From contig CAJFVQ010000027.1 of NCBI GenBank assembly GCA_904420535.1, forward strand, positions 6,990 through 70,989: DNA of 64,000 nt, given 5' to 3'. Positions within the stretch are counted from its first letter, which is position 1; each line of letters starts with the position of its first letter. The notes under the pieces are model-generated. The model was given only the letters and a program-made list of their open reading frames with translations. It was not told where the DNA came from and ran no database searches. This DNA is from Candidatus Cryptoclostridium obscurum. Its GTDB lineage: Bacteria; Bacillota; Dehalobacteriia; UBA7702. Positions 9,540 through 20,869 of this stretch are shown here, in pieces. The position numbers and the translations under genes were made by a program.

Positions 9540-10985
9540 GTGAAAATCAGCAATGACTTCGATAAAAACATGGCATTTTTAAAAGAAGCCGCTGCCGACT
9601 CTCCTGATTATATCATAATTGAGCGCAAACTGAAAGACGGAACACGATTTCTTCTTTGTTATATTGACAATATGATCAACAGCGACATCCTGAACATTCG
9701 GCTTCTTCCTGCGATTATGGGGTTTACCGGTGAAAATTTTGATTTTCGGCGCATCCCTGCTTCGCCGATTAGAGAGGTTTTATCCTTGGATGAAGGATTG
9801 ACCGGCGTTGCCACCGGCGGCGTTTTCTTTCTTATAGAAGGTCATATGAAAGGATTTCAGGTCCGTATCGAACGGTGGGTCGGCAGGACACCGGATAAAC
9901 CGGAAAATGAAAAGAGTGTCCAAGGGAGTCGTGACAGCTTTGTCGAAAACCTCCGCACCAACTTGGCAATCCTGCGTACCAAAATCGCCAATTACAATTT
10001 GCGATTTGAACAACACGATATCGGAAGTACTACAAAACAACAGCTAATGATCACCTATATTCATGGTTTGGCCGATGAAGACATGTTGGAACGTCTGCGC
10101 AAACGCATCGACGCATTGAATTTTGACGGTTTTCTCAGTAGCTCCTATGTCGCGCAAATGATCGCAGATCAGAAGCGTTCTCCCTTTCCCCAATGGATCA
10201 TTACAGAGCGTACCGATAAAGCTCAAGCCGCTTTATTAGAGGGACGAATCATTATACTACTTACGGGATCACCCAATGCGTTGATCCTTCCTGTTTCATT
10301 TTGGAGTTTTTTTCAAACCATGGACGACTTTACGTTTCACCCTTGGACCGGAAGCCTTTTAGGATTCTTTCGTTTTTTGGGAATGTTTTTATCTCTTTTT
10401 CTGCCGGCCCTTTATATTGCCGTATTATCATATCACTACTATATTGTGCCGCTCAATCTTTTGTCAACATTGGCGGCTTCTCGATCTATGGTAATCTTCT
10501 CTCCGCTGGTTGAAGCCATTATCATGGAATTTCTTTTCGAAATCATACGTGAAGCTTCGGTCCGTCTCCCCTCATTCATTGGTACTACCATCGGCATTGT
10601 CGGCGGTATTATCATTGGACAAACCGCCGTGGAAGCGGGAATCGTCAGCAATCTCATGGTTATTGTCGTATCCATTACAGCCATCGCCGGATTCTTGATT
10701 CCCGACCAATATATGGCACAGACACTGCGTTTTACTCGATATATTATGATGCTTTTTGCGGGATTCTTTGGATTTGCAGGCTTGATTATCGGCGCAAGCT
10801 TATTGTTCATCCATTTATTGAATCTTCGTTCACTGGATCGTCCTTATCTTTCACCTCTTTTCCCAACACACAGAAAAAATCTATCCAATACTGTTATCCG
10901 TATGCCATTTAAACTTCTCAGAACACGACCGAATCAGGCAAAACCCATCGATCAAGTGAGGGGGAAACGCAATGGGAAAAAATAA
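9540..10985 (+). CDS. Spore germination receptor subunit A (GerA family)
   Basis: PENEKSVQGSRDSFVE, SPFPQ, TERTD, REASVRLP, GQTAVEAG. Confidence 0.92.
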   Translation: MKISNDFDKNMAFLKEAAADSPDYIIIERKLKDGTRFLLCYIDNMINSDILNIRLLPAIMGFTGENFDFRRIPASPIREVLSLDEGLTGVATGGVFFLIEGHMKGFQVRIERWVGRTPDKPENEKSVQGSRDSFVENLRTNLAILRTKIANYNLRFEQHDIGSTTKQQLMITYIHGLADEDMLERLRKRIDALNFDGFLSSSYVAQMIADQKRSPFPQWIITERTDKAQAALLEGRIIILLTGSPNALILPVSFWSFFQTMDDFTFHPWTGSLLGFFRFLGMFLSLFLPALYIAVLSYHYYIVPLNLLSTLAASRSMVIFSPLVEAIIMEFLFEIIREASVRLPSFIGTTIGIVGGIIIGQTAVEAGIVSNLMVIVVSITAIAGFLIPDQYMAQTLRFTRYIMMLFAGFFGFAGLIIGASLLFIHLLNLRSLDRPYLSPLFPTHRKNLSNTVIRMPFKLLRTRPNQAKPIDQVRGKRNGKK

Positions 10986-12054
10986 TTTAACACCGTCGCA
11001 ACTTACTGCATTTTTTCTCGCATCAATGGTTGCTCCAGCGCTCATTAATCTATCTGCCCTTTTCTTTGCCGCGATGGGACGCGGCAGTTGGATCGGGATT
11101 CTCGCCATATCGGTCGCATCCCTTTTCCTTCTACTGTTGTTTTATGCCATTATAAAAAAAGCTGGATTCCCATCGGTCCATATGGTTTGGCAAGAACTTT
11201 TGGGAAATCGCCTCGGCAAAGCTGTTTGTTTTCTGCTTTCTCTCTACTTATTATTTTTGGCGACAATCGTATTGAGATCTTTTATCTATGCCATCAATGT
11301 CTATTACTTACCGCACACTCCAATGGTGATTGTGGCAGCATTGCTGATTCTTCCCCCCATCGCCATCGCCTATTTCGGCGCGAGATCCATGGGACATGCC
11401 TCCCAGTTCATCTACTTTTTTATATTGATCTTTTTTGCTTTTTTAATTATCGCAAAGAAAAACTACCAAGTTAGTTCTATCTTCCCCCTACTGGAAGCGG
11501 ATCCGCAAATCATTGTTAAAAATCTGCTTCCCCTTTGTTTTACCTCCTGTACTCTATTTGGTTGTTTTTATCTTTTTCCGCTCACGACCAACAGGAAGCG
11601 GATTCCCCACAGTATTTTCGCTTATTCCGTCATAGGAGTTTTTGTGCTGTTGGCATCTTATTGTATCGGCCTCGCCTATTTCGGCGATATCTTTTCTAAA
11701 ATGAGCTTGCCGTTTTATCATATCGACACAACTCATAAAGGCCGGATCTTGGAACGACTTGATATTCTTTATATGATGATTGTATTGCCATTATTTGGCC
11801 TGTACTTATCATTCTGGTTTAGCCAACTCATAGAATCGCAACGTCAAATTTTTCCAACATTTGCAGAACAGCATAACGGCTGGATTACGGTAATTTGGGC
11901 TTTGGCTGTTGTCGTTCTTTCTGTTTATCCTTCCTTGGATCACGGTATTTGGCCCATTTACAGCATGAGTAATACCATCAATCTCATTGCTGCGGGAATT
12001 TTATCCATATCTTATCTGATTTACATCCTCAAAAGGAGGCGCAAATTTTCTTGA
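10972..12054 (+). CDS. Spore germination receptor subunit B (GerAB family)
   Basis: Hydrophobic multi-TM protein with LPHTP and ILERLD; between gerA and gerC. Confidence 0.85.
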   Translation: MGKNNLTPSQLTAFFLASMVAPALINLSALFFAAMGRGSWIGILAISVASLFLLLLFYAIIKKAGFPSVHMVWQELLGNRLGKAVCFLLSLYLLFLATIVLRSFIYAINVYYLPHTPMVIVAALLILPPIAIAYFGARSMGHASQFIYFFILIFFAFLIIAKKNYQVSSIFPLLEADPQIIVKNLLPLCFTSCTLFGCFYLFPLTTNRKRIPHSIFAYSVIGVFVLLASYCIGLAYFGDIFSKMSLPFYHIDTTHKGRILERLDILYMMIVLPLFGLYLSFWFSQLIESQRQIFPTFAEQHNGWITVIWALAVVVLSVYPSLDHGIWPIYSMSNTINLIAAGILSISYLIYILKRRRKFS

Positions 12055-13157
12055 AAAAATTTTTTGCCATTGCCATATTACCCGCGGTGATAATATCATT
12101 TTCAGGCTGCTGGGATCAGAACTTATTTGAAGGTACCGCCATGGTATTGAGTGCCGGAATTGATACAGTCGAAGGAAATGAAGGCAGTGAATATGAATTT
12201 ACCTTTGCCTACGGGCAACCACAGAATTCCCAAGGGGAACTCCTGACCACATCTGCAGAAAGTTCCGTAATGGAAGAGGCGCTCCAATCTGCCAATGATA
12301 CCATGGAGCGACCTCTTGTCATTGAAAAATTGCAAAATATTATAATCTCTGAAGATGCCGCAAAAGAAGGTGCCATTGGCAATGGAGGAACTTATTATCT
12401 CGGGGAAACCAGCCGTTTTCTAGCCGATTACGTTATTTCTGAAAGCGATGCATCCGCCGTATTTGAAGCTGTTATGGCCATGGAAATGGGAGATAGTGCA
12501 TTTTCTTACATCGACAATCTGTTAACCACCTCGTCACAAAAAGGCTATTGCCCCAATGTATCACTCCATGATTATAATTTGGACTACATCAAAAACGGTA
12601 TTGATGCAATATTTCCTCTCATTACAGTAGAAGAAGAAAAAGTCACTGTATCGGGTACGGCATTATTTCATGATGAAAAAATGGTAGGAAAATTCAATCA
12701 ACAAGAAACAATGTACTTACTCATGCTGCTGGCTATGAATGAAAACACTGATTATACTATCAATATTCCCATTACCAATGAAAACCAAGCAACCGAAGCA
12801 ACACTGCATATCAACAGAGTCAAAAGTAACCAAAAGCCATCCATTCACGATGGTCAACTCACCATAAAATATGATATCAAGCTTTACGGCTATTTTGATG
12901 AATTGGAAAGAACCCGTCTCATCAATGATTTCTCCCAAAAAGAAATCGACAAGGCCGCGGAACAACATATTTCAGAAAATCTTGTATCAATAGCAAATAC
13001 ACTATCCCAACTGCCATGTGATCCCTTTGCTATAGAAGATCAAATTCGCGGATATTATCCTGATTTCTACAAAACACATAATTTTGACGAAGTTTACGCA
13101 AATGCAGAATTTCAGATCACAGTGGAAGCTATCATTACGAACGAGGGCAAAACATAA
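12051..13157 (+). CDS. Spore germination receptor subunit C lipoprotein
   Basis: FSGCWD lipobox, GID, GTALF..KMVG, CDPF. Confidence 0.88.
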   Translation: MKKFFAIAILPAVIISFSGCWDQNLFEGTAMVLSAGIDTVEGNEGSEYEFTFAYGQPQNSQGELLTTSAESSVMEEALQSANDTMERPLVIEKLQNIIISEDAAKEGAIGNGGTYYLGETSRFLADYVISESDASAVFEAVMAMEMGDSAFSYIDNLLTTSSQKGYCPNVSLHDYNLDYIKNGIDAIFPLITVEEEKVTVSGTALFHDEKMVGKFNQQETMYLLMLLAMNENTDYTINIPITNENQATEATLHINRVKSNQKPSIHDGQLTIKYDIKLYGYFDELERTRLINDFSQKEIDKAAEQHISENLVSIANTLSQLPCDPFAIEDQIRGYYPDFYKTHNFDEVYANAEFQITVEAIITNEGKT

Positions 13158-13195
13158 TCACATTTTCATTAACTCTTAAAAATACAAGTGCCAAT

Positions 13196-13224
13196 AAAAA
13201 AGAGCGAGTACAACTCGCTCTTTT
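13196..13224. terminator. Bidirectional intrinsic terminator
   Basis: AAAAGAGCGAGT-ACA-ACTCGCTCTTTT. Confidence 0.85.
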
Positions 13225-13252
13225 CAACATATATTCCAATGATTTCGTCAGA

Positions 13253-14320
13253 TTAATCTCTTCTGCGTAAAAAAGCAGGAATGCTGAGATCCTCCATTTC
13301 AAAATCGCTGAAACTGGAAGATTTGGACTCTTCTTCTTTTTCTTCTTTTACCGATGTGTTGCCATCGAAACCGGTGGCAATTACAATCACGCGAACCTCG
13401 TCGTCAAGGGATTCATCAACTGCAGCACCAAAAATAATATTAGCGTCTTTGTCAGCAGCTTGTTCCACAATCTTCGCAGCTTCGTTCACCTCAAAAAGGC
13501 TCATATTAGGTGAACCAGTAATATTCAAAATAACCCCTTGAGCACCATTAATGGAAGAAGATTCCAACAAAGGACTGGAAATTGCAGCATTGGCAGCATC
13601 CACCGAGCGATTTTCCCCACGGGCAATGCCAATTCCCATGAGGGCGGAACCGGCATCTTTCATCACAGATTTTACATCGTTAAAGTCGAGATTGATTAAG
13701 GCAGGCATACCAATCAGATCTGTAATGCTCTGGATCCCTTGATGGAGAATGTCATTTACAATGCCAAAACTTTCCGTCATCGGCGTACGACTATCAATAA
13801 TTTGCAGCAATTTATCATTGGGAATGGTAATTAAGGCATCGACCTGATCTTTCAGTTCCGCAATCCCATATTCAGCCTGTTGGGCACGGCGTCTACCCTC
13901 AAAGCTAAAAGGACGAGTTACAACACCCACGGTAAGAGCGCCCAATTCTCTGGCAACGGAAGCGACGATGGGAGCCGCACCGGTACCAGTACCGCCGCCC
14001 ATACCGGCAGTGACAAAAACCATATCAGAACCGGCCAAAATTTCTTTCAAATCTTCTCTGCTTTCTTCGGCGGATTTACGTCCCATTTCAGGATTGCCGC
14101 CGGAACCTAACCCCCTGGTTAGTTTTGCACCGATTTGCAATTTCTCACCTGCCAGAGATTTTTTCAAAACCTGCAAGTCCGTGTTAATGGCAATAAACTC
14201 AACACCATTTACATCGTTGTTAATCATGTGGTCAATTGCATTGTTACCGCCGCCGCCGACACCAACCACTCTGATCTTCGCGAACTGATCATATTCCATG
14301 TCTTCAAATTCCAATGCCAT
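13253..14320 (-). CDS. ftsZ: Cell division protein FtsZ
   Basis: [23 protein letters not shown]-terminal IPAFLRR; start at MALEFED after GGGAGG. Confidence 0.98.
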   Translation of the reverse strand: MALEFEDMEYDQFAKIRVVGVGGGGNNAIDHMINNDVNGVEFIAINTDLQVLKKSLAGEKLQIGAKLTRGLGSGGNPEMGRKSAEESREDLKEILAGSDMVFVTAGMGGGTGTGAAPIVASVARELGALTVGVVTRPFSFEGRRRAQQAEYGIAELKDQVDALITIPNDKLLQIIDSRTPMTESFGIVNDILHQGIQSITDLIGMPALINLDFNDVKSVMKDAGSALMGIGIARGENRSVDAANAAISSPLLESSSINGAQGVILNITGSPNMSLFEVNEAAKIVEQAADKDANIIFGAAVDESLDDEVRVIVIATGFDGNTSVKEEKEEESKSSSFSDFEMEDLSIPAFLRRRD

Positions 14321-14411
14321 GCCATTTCCTCCCTTATATACTAACGTATGAATTTCGGTATTATCAAATAATTTAATCATCTTCTACAAAAAAATGTAGA
14401 TACCTGCTTGA

Positions 14412-14440
14412 ATTATAACTTTTTTTTCAAAAAATGTCAA
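14412..14440 (-). promoter_or_regulatory. SigA promoter upstream of ftsZ (possible SigH-like element just downstream)
   Basis: TTGACA-17-TATAAT; followed by GCAGGTAT...GTAGAAG. Confidence 0.65.
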
Positions 14441-14480
14441 TTCTTCCACAAGGTTTCATTGATGGTTTTTTCATCTTATT

Positions 14481-15416
14481 TCACATGCCGTCACCTGCCT
14501 CGGAAGTATCTTCTTTCGGTGCAACGTTGCTATTTCCATTATCTGTATTTTCTTGTGTATTCTCTTGATTTTGTTGTCCCGCAGAAGCTTCCAGATCATA
14601 CCCTCCAATGACAGGTTTCCGCAACGAAGAGACATCCATATATTCCACTTGCGGCAAATCCGCAGCCGGAATCTCGTCCAAAAGATCTTCAATCAAATGA
14701 CGTTTCTTTAATAAATCCTTCGCTTCGCCTAAACGCAATTCCATCGTATCCAGTGTCATCACAATGCCATGATCCGAGGAAACGGAAAGCTCTCGTGGCC
14801 GTTCTCGCATAAAATCGGCAAATACCGCGGCGGCGGCCAAAAGATCCGCAGCGTCTTGGGAATCAAGACGCATCCCCACACAAAGAAATCTCGGCAACTC
14901 AATGCTGCGAATCAAAGGCAAGTAATCATTATATTCCTCCCGTTTCTCCATGAGATTTCCATTCTCATCCACGAGATAATACCCTTCGTCTTCTTGATAC
15001 AACCACGCCACTGCTTCTTTTTCTTCCACTTGAATTAAAATCTTGTGAAAAGGCCGCGTTTTTATATCAACAGATTTCACCATGGCATGAAGCGCTACTT
15101 TTTCTTCGGCTTTCTCTCGATCCACATCGAAAAGATTACCGCCGGTAGTAATTCCCGAAAGCGTGATGATATCTTCGTCGGATATTCTTTGATTTCCCTC
15201 CACTTCGATGTTTTCTACGGTAAAGGCGCTGCTATTGAGAAAAAAATAAACGCCAAGACAGAGAATTATCAGAAGAATTACTTTCCAGATCCAGCTGTTT
15301 TTTTTGCGCTTATGCCTTTGTTTTCTTTTGCGCAATTCTCCCCGACTGCCATTGTTGCGGGAAGGAAGATTGTTTCTTCGCGTCCTCCCGCTGCGGGAGG
15401 ATCTGCTCACAGCCAT
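14481..15416 (-). CDS. ftsQ: Cell division protein FtsQ/DivIB
   Basis: Basic N-terminus, one TM, POTRA (FTVENIEVEGN), upstream of ftsZ. Confidence 0.85.
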   Translation of the reverse strand: MAVSRSSRSGRTRRNNLPSRNNGSRGELRKRKQRHKRKKNSWIWKVILLIILCLGVYFFLNSSAFTVENIEVEGNQRISDEDIITLSGITTGGNLFDVDREKAEEKVALHAMVKSVDIKTRPFHKILIQVEEKEAVAWLYQEDEGYYLVDENGNLMEKREEYNDYLPLIRSIELPRFLCVGMRLDSQDAADLLAAAAVFADFMRERPRELSVSSDHGIVMTLDTMELRLGEAKDLLKKRHLIEDLLDEIPAADLPQVEYMDVSSLRKPVIGGYDLEASAGQQNQENTQENTDNGNSNVAPKEDTSEAGDGM

Positions 15417-15631
15417 GCGTAACTTCTCCTTTCAACTCACTATCTGTATTATTATAGTTGTTTTAAGCGCCAAGGTAAAGAGAAAATTTGCTTTTTTCTC
15501 AAAAAAACAGAATTCATCCAAAATAGCAACAAAAAAACAACGTAAATTACACAATAGAACTGAAAAATTATTTGGAAAATGAGAAATATCCTGTTATAAT
15601 AAACAACATAAAATCAAGCGAGAGGAATCCA

Positions 15632-16117
15632 ATGGAAATATATTTGGCTGATAAAAATGATTATCCCCTTGTCAAACATATTGTATATCATACCATCGAA
15701 ACAATTTATCCCAATTACTACCCTCAAGGGGCTGTCCAGTATTTTCTTGCGCTTCATCATGGCAATGCCCTCCGCCAAGCCCTGGCTCAAGGCGAAGTTT
15801 ATCTTTTAAAGTTCCAGAAACAATGGGTGGCTACTGCCAGCATAAACGGGAATGCCATCAGTCGTCTTTTCGTTTTGCCTCAATTCCAGGGAATGGGATG
15901 CGGAACCCGCCTAATGGACGAGATGGAATCTTTCATTTTTTCGGAATATGATATGATTACCTTATCCTCTTCCTGGCCGGCCTATCAAATGTATTTGAAT
16001 CGAGGCTATTCCCCCGTTTCCTATCACCAGATCATAACCGACAACGGCCATGTTCTTTGTTACCAACAAATGGAAAAATACGCTGACAAGGATCCACCAA
16101 AAAGTTGCGTTGATTGA
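15632..16117 (+). CDS. GNAT family N-acetyltransferase
   Basis: RLFVLPQFQGMGCG acetyl-CoA motif. Confidence 0.85.
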   Translation: MEIYLADKNDYPLVKHIVYHTIETIYPNYYPQGAVQYFLALHHGNALRQALAQGEVYLLKFQKQWVATASINGNAISRLFVLPQFQGMGCGTRLMDEMESFIFSEYDMITLSSSWPAYQMYLNRGYSPVSYHQIITDNGHVLCYQQMEKYADKDPPKSCVD

Positions 16118-16255
16118 TGGCTGTCCCTGTTCTTTGGCTACAAAAATAACGGTATATGGATTTCCATATACCGTTATTCTTTCCGAATTTTTTGAGAAAT
16201 GGTATTTCCCCGAGAAAGCCTGTGGAAAATCATCATAGGATTATCATTCTTCCAT

Positions 16256-16483
16256 TCAGGATTCGTCGGTCTTTTGACGTTTTTCTGCTGCCATCAAATC
16301 TTTTTTCTTCTTTGTCAGCAGGCCTCCCATACGACCGGTTTCTTTGGCGCTAAGGCCGGCCCACCCCACTTCGCGAACCTTATCCAGAAGTCCCAGCTCT
16401 TCCGCAATTTCCAATTTCATGGCTTCGACATCGTCAGGAGTTTTTTTCATTTTACTTTTTCTTGATTTAGATATTTTTTCCAT
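16256..16483 (-). CDS. Small acid-soluble spore protein, alpha/beta-type
   Basis: KLEIAEELGL...GW..LSAKETGRMGG. Confidence 0.85.
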   Translation of the reverse strand: MEKISKSRKSKMKKTPDDVEAMKLEIAEELGLLDKVREVGWAGLSAKETGRMGGLLTKKKKDLMAAEKRQKTDES

Positions 16484-16500
16484 TTCTGCACCTCCAACCA

Positions 16501-16530
16501 TAATATGGCACAAAAATGGCTAAAATATAC
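16501..16530 (-). promoter_or_regulatory. SigG-type promoter of SASP gene
   Basis: GTATA-18 nt-CATATTA. Confidence 0.7.
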
Positions 16531-16544
16531 GGGTATTCGTTTTC

Positions 16545-17114
16545 TTATTTCTTCATTTGTTTGGCAACCTTTAGAACATTGGCAGCAAATGATTTAAAAT
16601 TCTCCACTCCTTCGATATCCTCGGCAACTTCTCCCGGAAGGCGACCAAAGCCCATGTTCCAATATTTGGCACCGGGCACAATCATGCCGTTGATGAAGAA
16701 AAACATCAGCATTTCCGACAAGGTGGCCGTATGGCCACCACGGCGTGCAACAGCAATAGGACCGCCAACTTTTCCGTCAAGAAACCGCTGGTTGGATAGA
16801 TTTATCATCCCAAGACGCTGTAAAAAATTCATACAATCACCGCGAGCCGTGCCGAAATAAACCGGGGCGCCGATGATCATACCGTCGGCATTTTTAATGA
16901 TCTCTGCCATTTCATTGACGCCGTCGTCAATGGCGCATTTTCCCGTTTTGTTACAAGCATTACAAGCCCGACAGGAAGCAATGGTTTTCCCCGCCAGAGA
17001 GTAAATTTCCGATTCACCGCCATTTTCCTGAATTGTTTTGGCCATCTCTTCCATGGCAAGCATAGTGTTTCCCTTTTTCCTCGGGCTGGTGGATATACAT
17101 ATGATTTTCGTCAT
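16545..17114 (-). CDS. Flavodoxin-like / iron-sulfur flavoprotein
   Basis: SPRKKGNT, CRACNAC..C, APVYFG, ARRGG. Confidence 0.88.
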   Translation of the reverse strand: MTKIICISTSPRKKGNTMLAMEEMAKTIQENGGESEIYSLAGKTIASCRACNACNKTGKCAIDDGVNEMAEIIKNADGMIIGAPVYFGTARGDCMNFLQRLGMINLSNQRFLDGKVGGPIAVARRGGHTATLSEMLMFFFINGMIVPGAKYWNMGFGRLPGEVAEDIEGVENFKSFAANVLKVAKQMKK

Positions 17115-17242
17115 GATAAAAGCCTCCTGTTTCCCATCGCTGTCATTTTCCGTTGTGAAAATCCGCGATTCTTAATTCTGCATTTTATTTAATATATATT
17201 GTAGCATAATGAAATACAGAAGTCCATTGATGCTGATAAGAA

Positions 17243-17271
17243 TTGACTTTTACAGTCAAATTATATAAAAT
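17243..17271 (+). promoter_or_regulatory. SigA promoter of tyrS
   Basis: TTGACT-17-TAAAAT. Confidence 0.65.
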
Positions 17272-17324
17272 AGATAAGTATAATAACTTTTTAAATGATA
17301 TTAATAATTCTTGAGGTGAATGGC

Positions 17325-18551
17325 ATGAGCGTCTATGATATTCTCGAAGAAAGAGGATACATCGAACAAAATACCCACGAAGAGGAACTCAGAGAGTTGC
17401 TCGATAAAGAAAAGGTTACTTTTTATATCGGATTTGACCCCACAGCAGACAGCCTCCATGTCGGCCATTTCATTCAGGTTATGGTCATGATGCATATGCA
17501 AAAAGAAGGGCATCGTCCCATTGCCTTGTTGGGCGGCGGTACCGGTATGGTAGGGGATCCCTCGGGCCGTACGGATATGCGCCAAATGCTTACGGTGGAA
17601 ACCATTGACCAAAACTGTGCCAATTTCAAAGAACAGTTCTCCCGTTTTCTTGATTTCAGCGACGACAGGGCCATTTGTGTCAACAATGCCGATTGGCTGC
17701 GGGATTTGAAATATGTTGACTTTTTAAGAGAAGTGGGAAGCCAATTCTCTGTCAACCGCATGTTGACCTTTGAGTGTTTCAAAAGCCGTTTGGAACGGGG
17801 CCTCTCTTTCTTGGAATTCAATTATATGCTGATGCAGAGTTATGATTTCTTGGAACTTTATAGGAGATACGGTTGCCAGCTACAGCTAGGTGGAAATGAC
17901 CAGTGGTCCAATATTTTAGGCGGCGTAGAATTGGTGCGCCGTTTGGATCAAGGACAAGCCTTTGGAATGACTTTCAAGCTTTTAACCACATCCGAAGGGA
18001 AAAAAATGGGGAAAACAGCCAAGGGTGCTTTATGGATTGATGAAAAGAAAACGACACCTTATGAATTTTACCATTATTGGCGGAATGTGGACGATGCCGA
18101 TGTAGAAAACTGTTTGGCCCTTTTGACCTTCCTTCCCATGGAGGAAGTGCGCCGTTTAGGCGCTTTGCAGGATTCCAAGATCAACGAAGCCAAAGAGATC
18201 TTGGCTTACGAAGTGACAAAACTGGTCCATGGTGAAGAAAAAGCGAGCAAAGCCCAGGAAGCAGAACGCGCTCTTTTCGCCAAAGGCGGCAGCGGCGACA
18301 ACATTCCCACCATCGATATGAAAGCAGATGATTTCAAAGATGGTATGAACATCCTGGATATTTATATGAAATGCGGTCTTATCCCCTCCAAGGGTGAAGG
18401 ACGCCGTCTGATGCAGCAAGGCGGTATCAAGATGAAAGGCGAAACAATCAATGATTTTAACCGCATGATCACTTTGGAAGATTTTGAAGACGGGAAACTT
18501 TTATTGCAAAAAGGGAAAAAAGCTTTTAAGCAGATTAAAATAGACCAATGA
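17325..18551 (+). CDS. tyrS: Tyrosine--tRNA ligase
   Basis: [27 protein letters not shown]4 domain. Confidence 0.97.
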   Translation: MSVYDILEERGYIEQNTHEEELRELLDKEKVTFYIGFDPTADSLHVGHFIQVMVMMHMQKEGHRPIALLGGGTGMVGDPSGRTDMRQMLTVETIDQNCANFKEQFSRFLDFSDDRAICVNNADWLRDLKYVDFLREVGSQFSVNRMLTFECFKSRLERGLSFLEFNYMLMQSYDFLELYRRYGCQLQLGGNDQWSNILGGVELVRRLDQGQAFGMTFKLLTTSEGKKMGKTAKGALWIDEKKTTPYEFYHYWRNVDDADVENCLALLTFLPMEEVRRLGALQDSKINEAKEILAYEVTKLVHGEEKASKAQEAERALFAKGGSGDNIPTIDMKADDFKDGMNILDIYMKCGLIPSKGEGRRLMQQGGIKMKGETINDFNRMITLEDFEDGKLLLQKGKKAFKQIKIDQ

Positions 18552-18850
18552 ACAAAAATTCTCTTTTATCCGATAACTATTTCGACAAGATTGAACCATA
18601 TCTTTATGAGATTATGGATAGTGATGTGGCTCACACAGTTCACGCTCTTTCTGTGGAACTCCGTACCGAGTATCCTCAGGAGTATGATCTCTTTAACAGA
18701 AAATTCAGCAACGAATATTCGTTAAAAGGTTGCGGACAGCGCCACGCCTATGTCAACGGTTTGACCATTGTTCTGGAGAATCTGCGCCAAAAAGGGAAAG
18801 TAGAAAAAATCACGAAAAACGGTGAGATCTGTTGGCGTAAAATTGATTGA
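18548..18850 (+). CDS. Hypothetical protein
   Basis: 100-aa ORF overlapping tyrS stop; fills gap to next gene. Confidence 0.6.
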   Translation: MNKNSLLSDNYFDKIEPYLYEIMDSDVAHTVHALSVELRTEYPQEYDLFNRKFSNEYSLKGCGQRHAYVNGLTIVLENLRQKGKVEKITKNGEICWRKID

Positions 18851-18873
18851 TCTTATTCCCGGGAGGTGATGGA

Positions 18874-19554
18874 TTGTCCAGAAAACGAAGTTGTCTCGGC
18901 CGTTTGCTGTTGATCATTATCATCGTCGGTTTACTTGCCGCCGGCATCCTCTTTTATTTTGGTTACCGCGATTATCGCGAAGCAGTGGAAGAGATCCCCC
19001 TTACGGAAAAAATCGCTCAAATCCAAAGTAATCCTGAGTATGTGACCATCGATGAGATCAGCGGTGATTTTCAGAGGGCCATTGTTGCCGTAGAAGACAA
19101 ACGATTTTATCGCCACGGAGCCTTGGACCCCATCGGCTTTGGCCGAGCAGTTGTCACCAATCTGAGAAATCAAGAATTCAGTGAAGGCGGTAGCACCATT
19201 ACACAACAAGTTGCAAAAAATCTCTATTTTTCCAACGAAAAACGGCTGACCCGTAAAATTGCAGAAGCTTTGGTTGCTATGGATTTGGAAAAAGAATATT
19301 CCAAAGATGAGATCTTGGAATTTTACTGCAATATTATTTTCTTTGGTCAAAGTTACTACGGGATTTCTGAAGCGAGCTACGGGTATTTCGGGAAATCTCC
19401 CGGCAATTTAACCTTTGAGGAATCTGCCATGTTGGCGGGGATCCCTCAAGCCCCCAGCATTTATAACCCTGTTGACCACCCTGAAAATGCAAAAGCCAGA
19501 CAAGCCGTGGTTTTAGAAATTCTGGAAGAAAACGGTATTACTACAGGGAAGTAA
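18874..19554 (+). CDS. Monofunctional peptidoglycan transglycosylase (GT51)
   Basis: EDKRFYRH, GGSTITQQVAKN, RKIAE, KDEILEFY; N-terminal TM; no transpeptidase domain. Confidence 0.9.
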   Translation: MSRKRSCLGRLLLIIIIVGLLAAGILFYFGYRDYREAVEEIPLTEKIAQIQSNPEYVTIDEISGDFQRAIVAVEDKRFYRHGALDPIGFGRAVVTNLRNQEFSEGGSTITQQVAKNLYFSNEKRLTRKIAEALVAMDLEKEYSKDEILEFYCNIIFFGQSYYGISEASYGYFGKSPGNLTFEESAMLAGIPQAPSIYNPVDHPENAKARQAVVLEILEENGITTGK

Positions 19555-19610
19555 AATTAACCATAGAAATATAGAGATAAATTTGTACCATTTTAACAAC
19601 GAAGTACCCA

Positions 19611-19641
19611 AAAAGACACAGACAAAAGCCTGTGTCTTTTT
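19611..19641. terminator. Bidirectional intrinsic terminator
   Basis: AAAAGACACAG...CTGTGTCTTTT. Confidence 0.75.
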
Positions 19642-19664
19642 CATATGCCTTTTCAAACAATACT

Positions 19665-20837
19665 TTAACCCATGGGCTCTTCGTCCTTGATGCGATGTGA
19701 CCATAACAAAAAGCATATGGCGCAGACAATCGCAGTCCAATAGGGCAGATGTAGTACGCCGCTACCGACAAGGGACGTGACAAAAGATACAATCATGGGA
19801 GTAAGGAACTGAGCCAAATAAAGTGCTGCAGAAATCAGAGGGATTACCGTTGTCACCGCGGATAAACCCGCCTTTTTCGAGGCCGTGGAAATAATATAGG
19901 GAATTCCCATACCGTTAGCAAAGCCAATGAAAACGGAGCCGGTAAGATTTCCTACCCAACCGCCCACAAGTGTCATCAGAAGATAACCGATCAGGAACAA
20001 AATTGGTGCCACAAATCGCGTTTTCTTCTGAAACAATATCTTTACCTTGACAAAGAACAAACCACCAAGAAAAGCAACAAAATCCATAAAAGCCATGATG
20101 ATCGCCACGTATTGTTGAGGAATCACACCTTCGGAAGCAACTTCTATGGCAAAATTCGTGGGATAGATGTAAAAAGTAACCATCAGTAAAAACATCCCCA
20201 CCACAAAGGAAGCATTATGATAAAATACTTTTCCAACATTGGTCTTCGTCCCTTCGCTGTCTTCATTTTCAATACGATCATTGGGAAGGAAAAAGAAGCA
20301 AGCTATCATACTGATCAATCCCAAAAGGTACACCAAAAAGCTAGCTCGCCAGCTAATGACAGCCAGAAGTCCCGAAAGTAACGTGGCCACGACACCGCCC
20401 ATCTGATTCATCGCTGAAGAATACCCCATCAGCTTTTCCTGTTCCTCAGGGGCAAAATAGTAAGACAGGAGACCAGTAGAAAGGGGCATGATAATACCAA
20501 CGCCGAAACCGACCAAAGCGCGGGCCGCCAATACGAGAAAAATATTGCTGAATAAACCTGCGGAGCAGCCACCAAAGGTATATAAAATCAGTCCAAGCAT
20601 CACAAGGGTTTTTGACCCCATACAACGGCAAAGCTTCGGGAAAAGAAAGTTTGTGAATACAATAAAAATCGCCGGCATACTAACGACCATCTGGATAAAA
20701 AGCGGATTTGTATCACTAAAGTAGGCCTTCACTACCCCTAAAGCCGGTGCAACGGCAGCACCAGCCATGACGGTGAGCAAAGATAAGGATAGAATTGCCA
20801 ACATAAGAAATTTACTTTTTCTTTTTTCTTCACGCAT
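19665..20837 (-). CDS. MFS transporter
   Basis: About 12 hydrophobic segments, RALVGFGVG. Confidence 0.88.
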   Translation of the reverse strand: MREEKRKSKFLMLAILSLSLLTVMAGAAVAPALGVVKAYFSDTNPLFIQMVVSMPAIFIVFTNFLFPKLCRCMGSKTLVMLGLILYTFGGCSAGLFSNIFLVLAARALVGFGVGIIMPLSTGLLSYYFAPEEQEKLMGYSSAMNQMGGVVATLLSGLLAVISWRASFLVYLLGLISMIACFFFLPNDRIENEDSEGTKTNVGKVFYHNASFVVGMFLLMVTFYIYPTNFAIEVASEGVIPQQYVAIIMAFMDFVAFLGGLFFVKVKILFQKKTRFVAPILFLIGYLLMTLVGGWVGNLTGSVFIGFANGMGIPYIISTASKKAGLSAVTTVIPLISAALYLAQFLTPMIVSFVTSLVGSGVLHLPYWTAIVCAICFLLWSHRIKDEEPMG

Positions 20838-20869
20838 CGTTTTCATCTCCAATTCTCGATTTGTCATAA

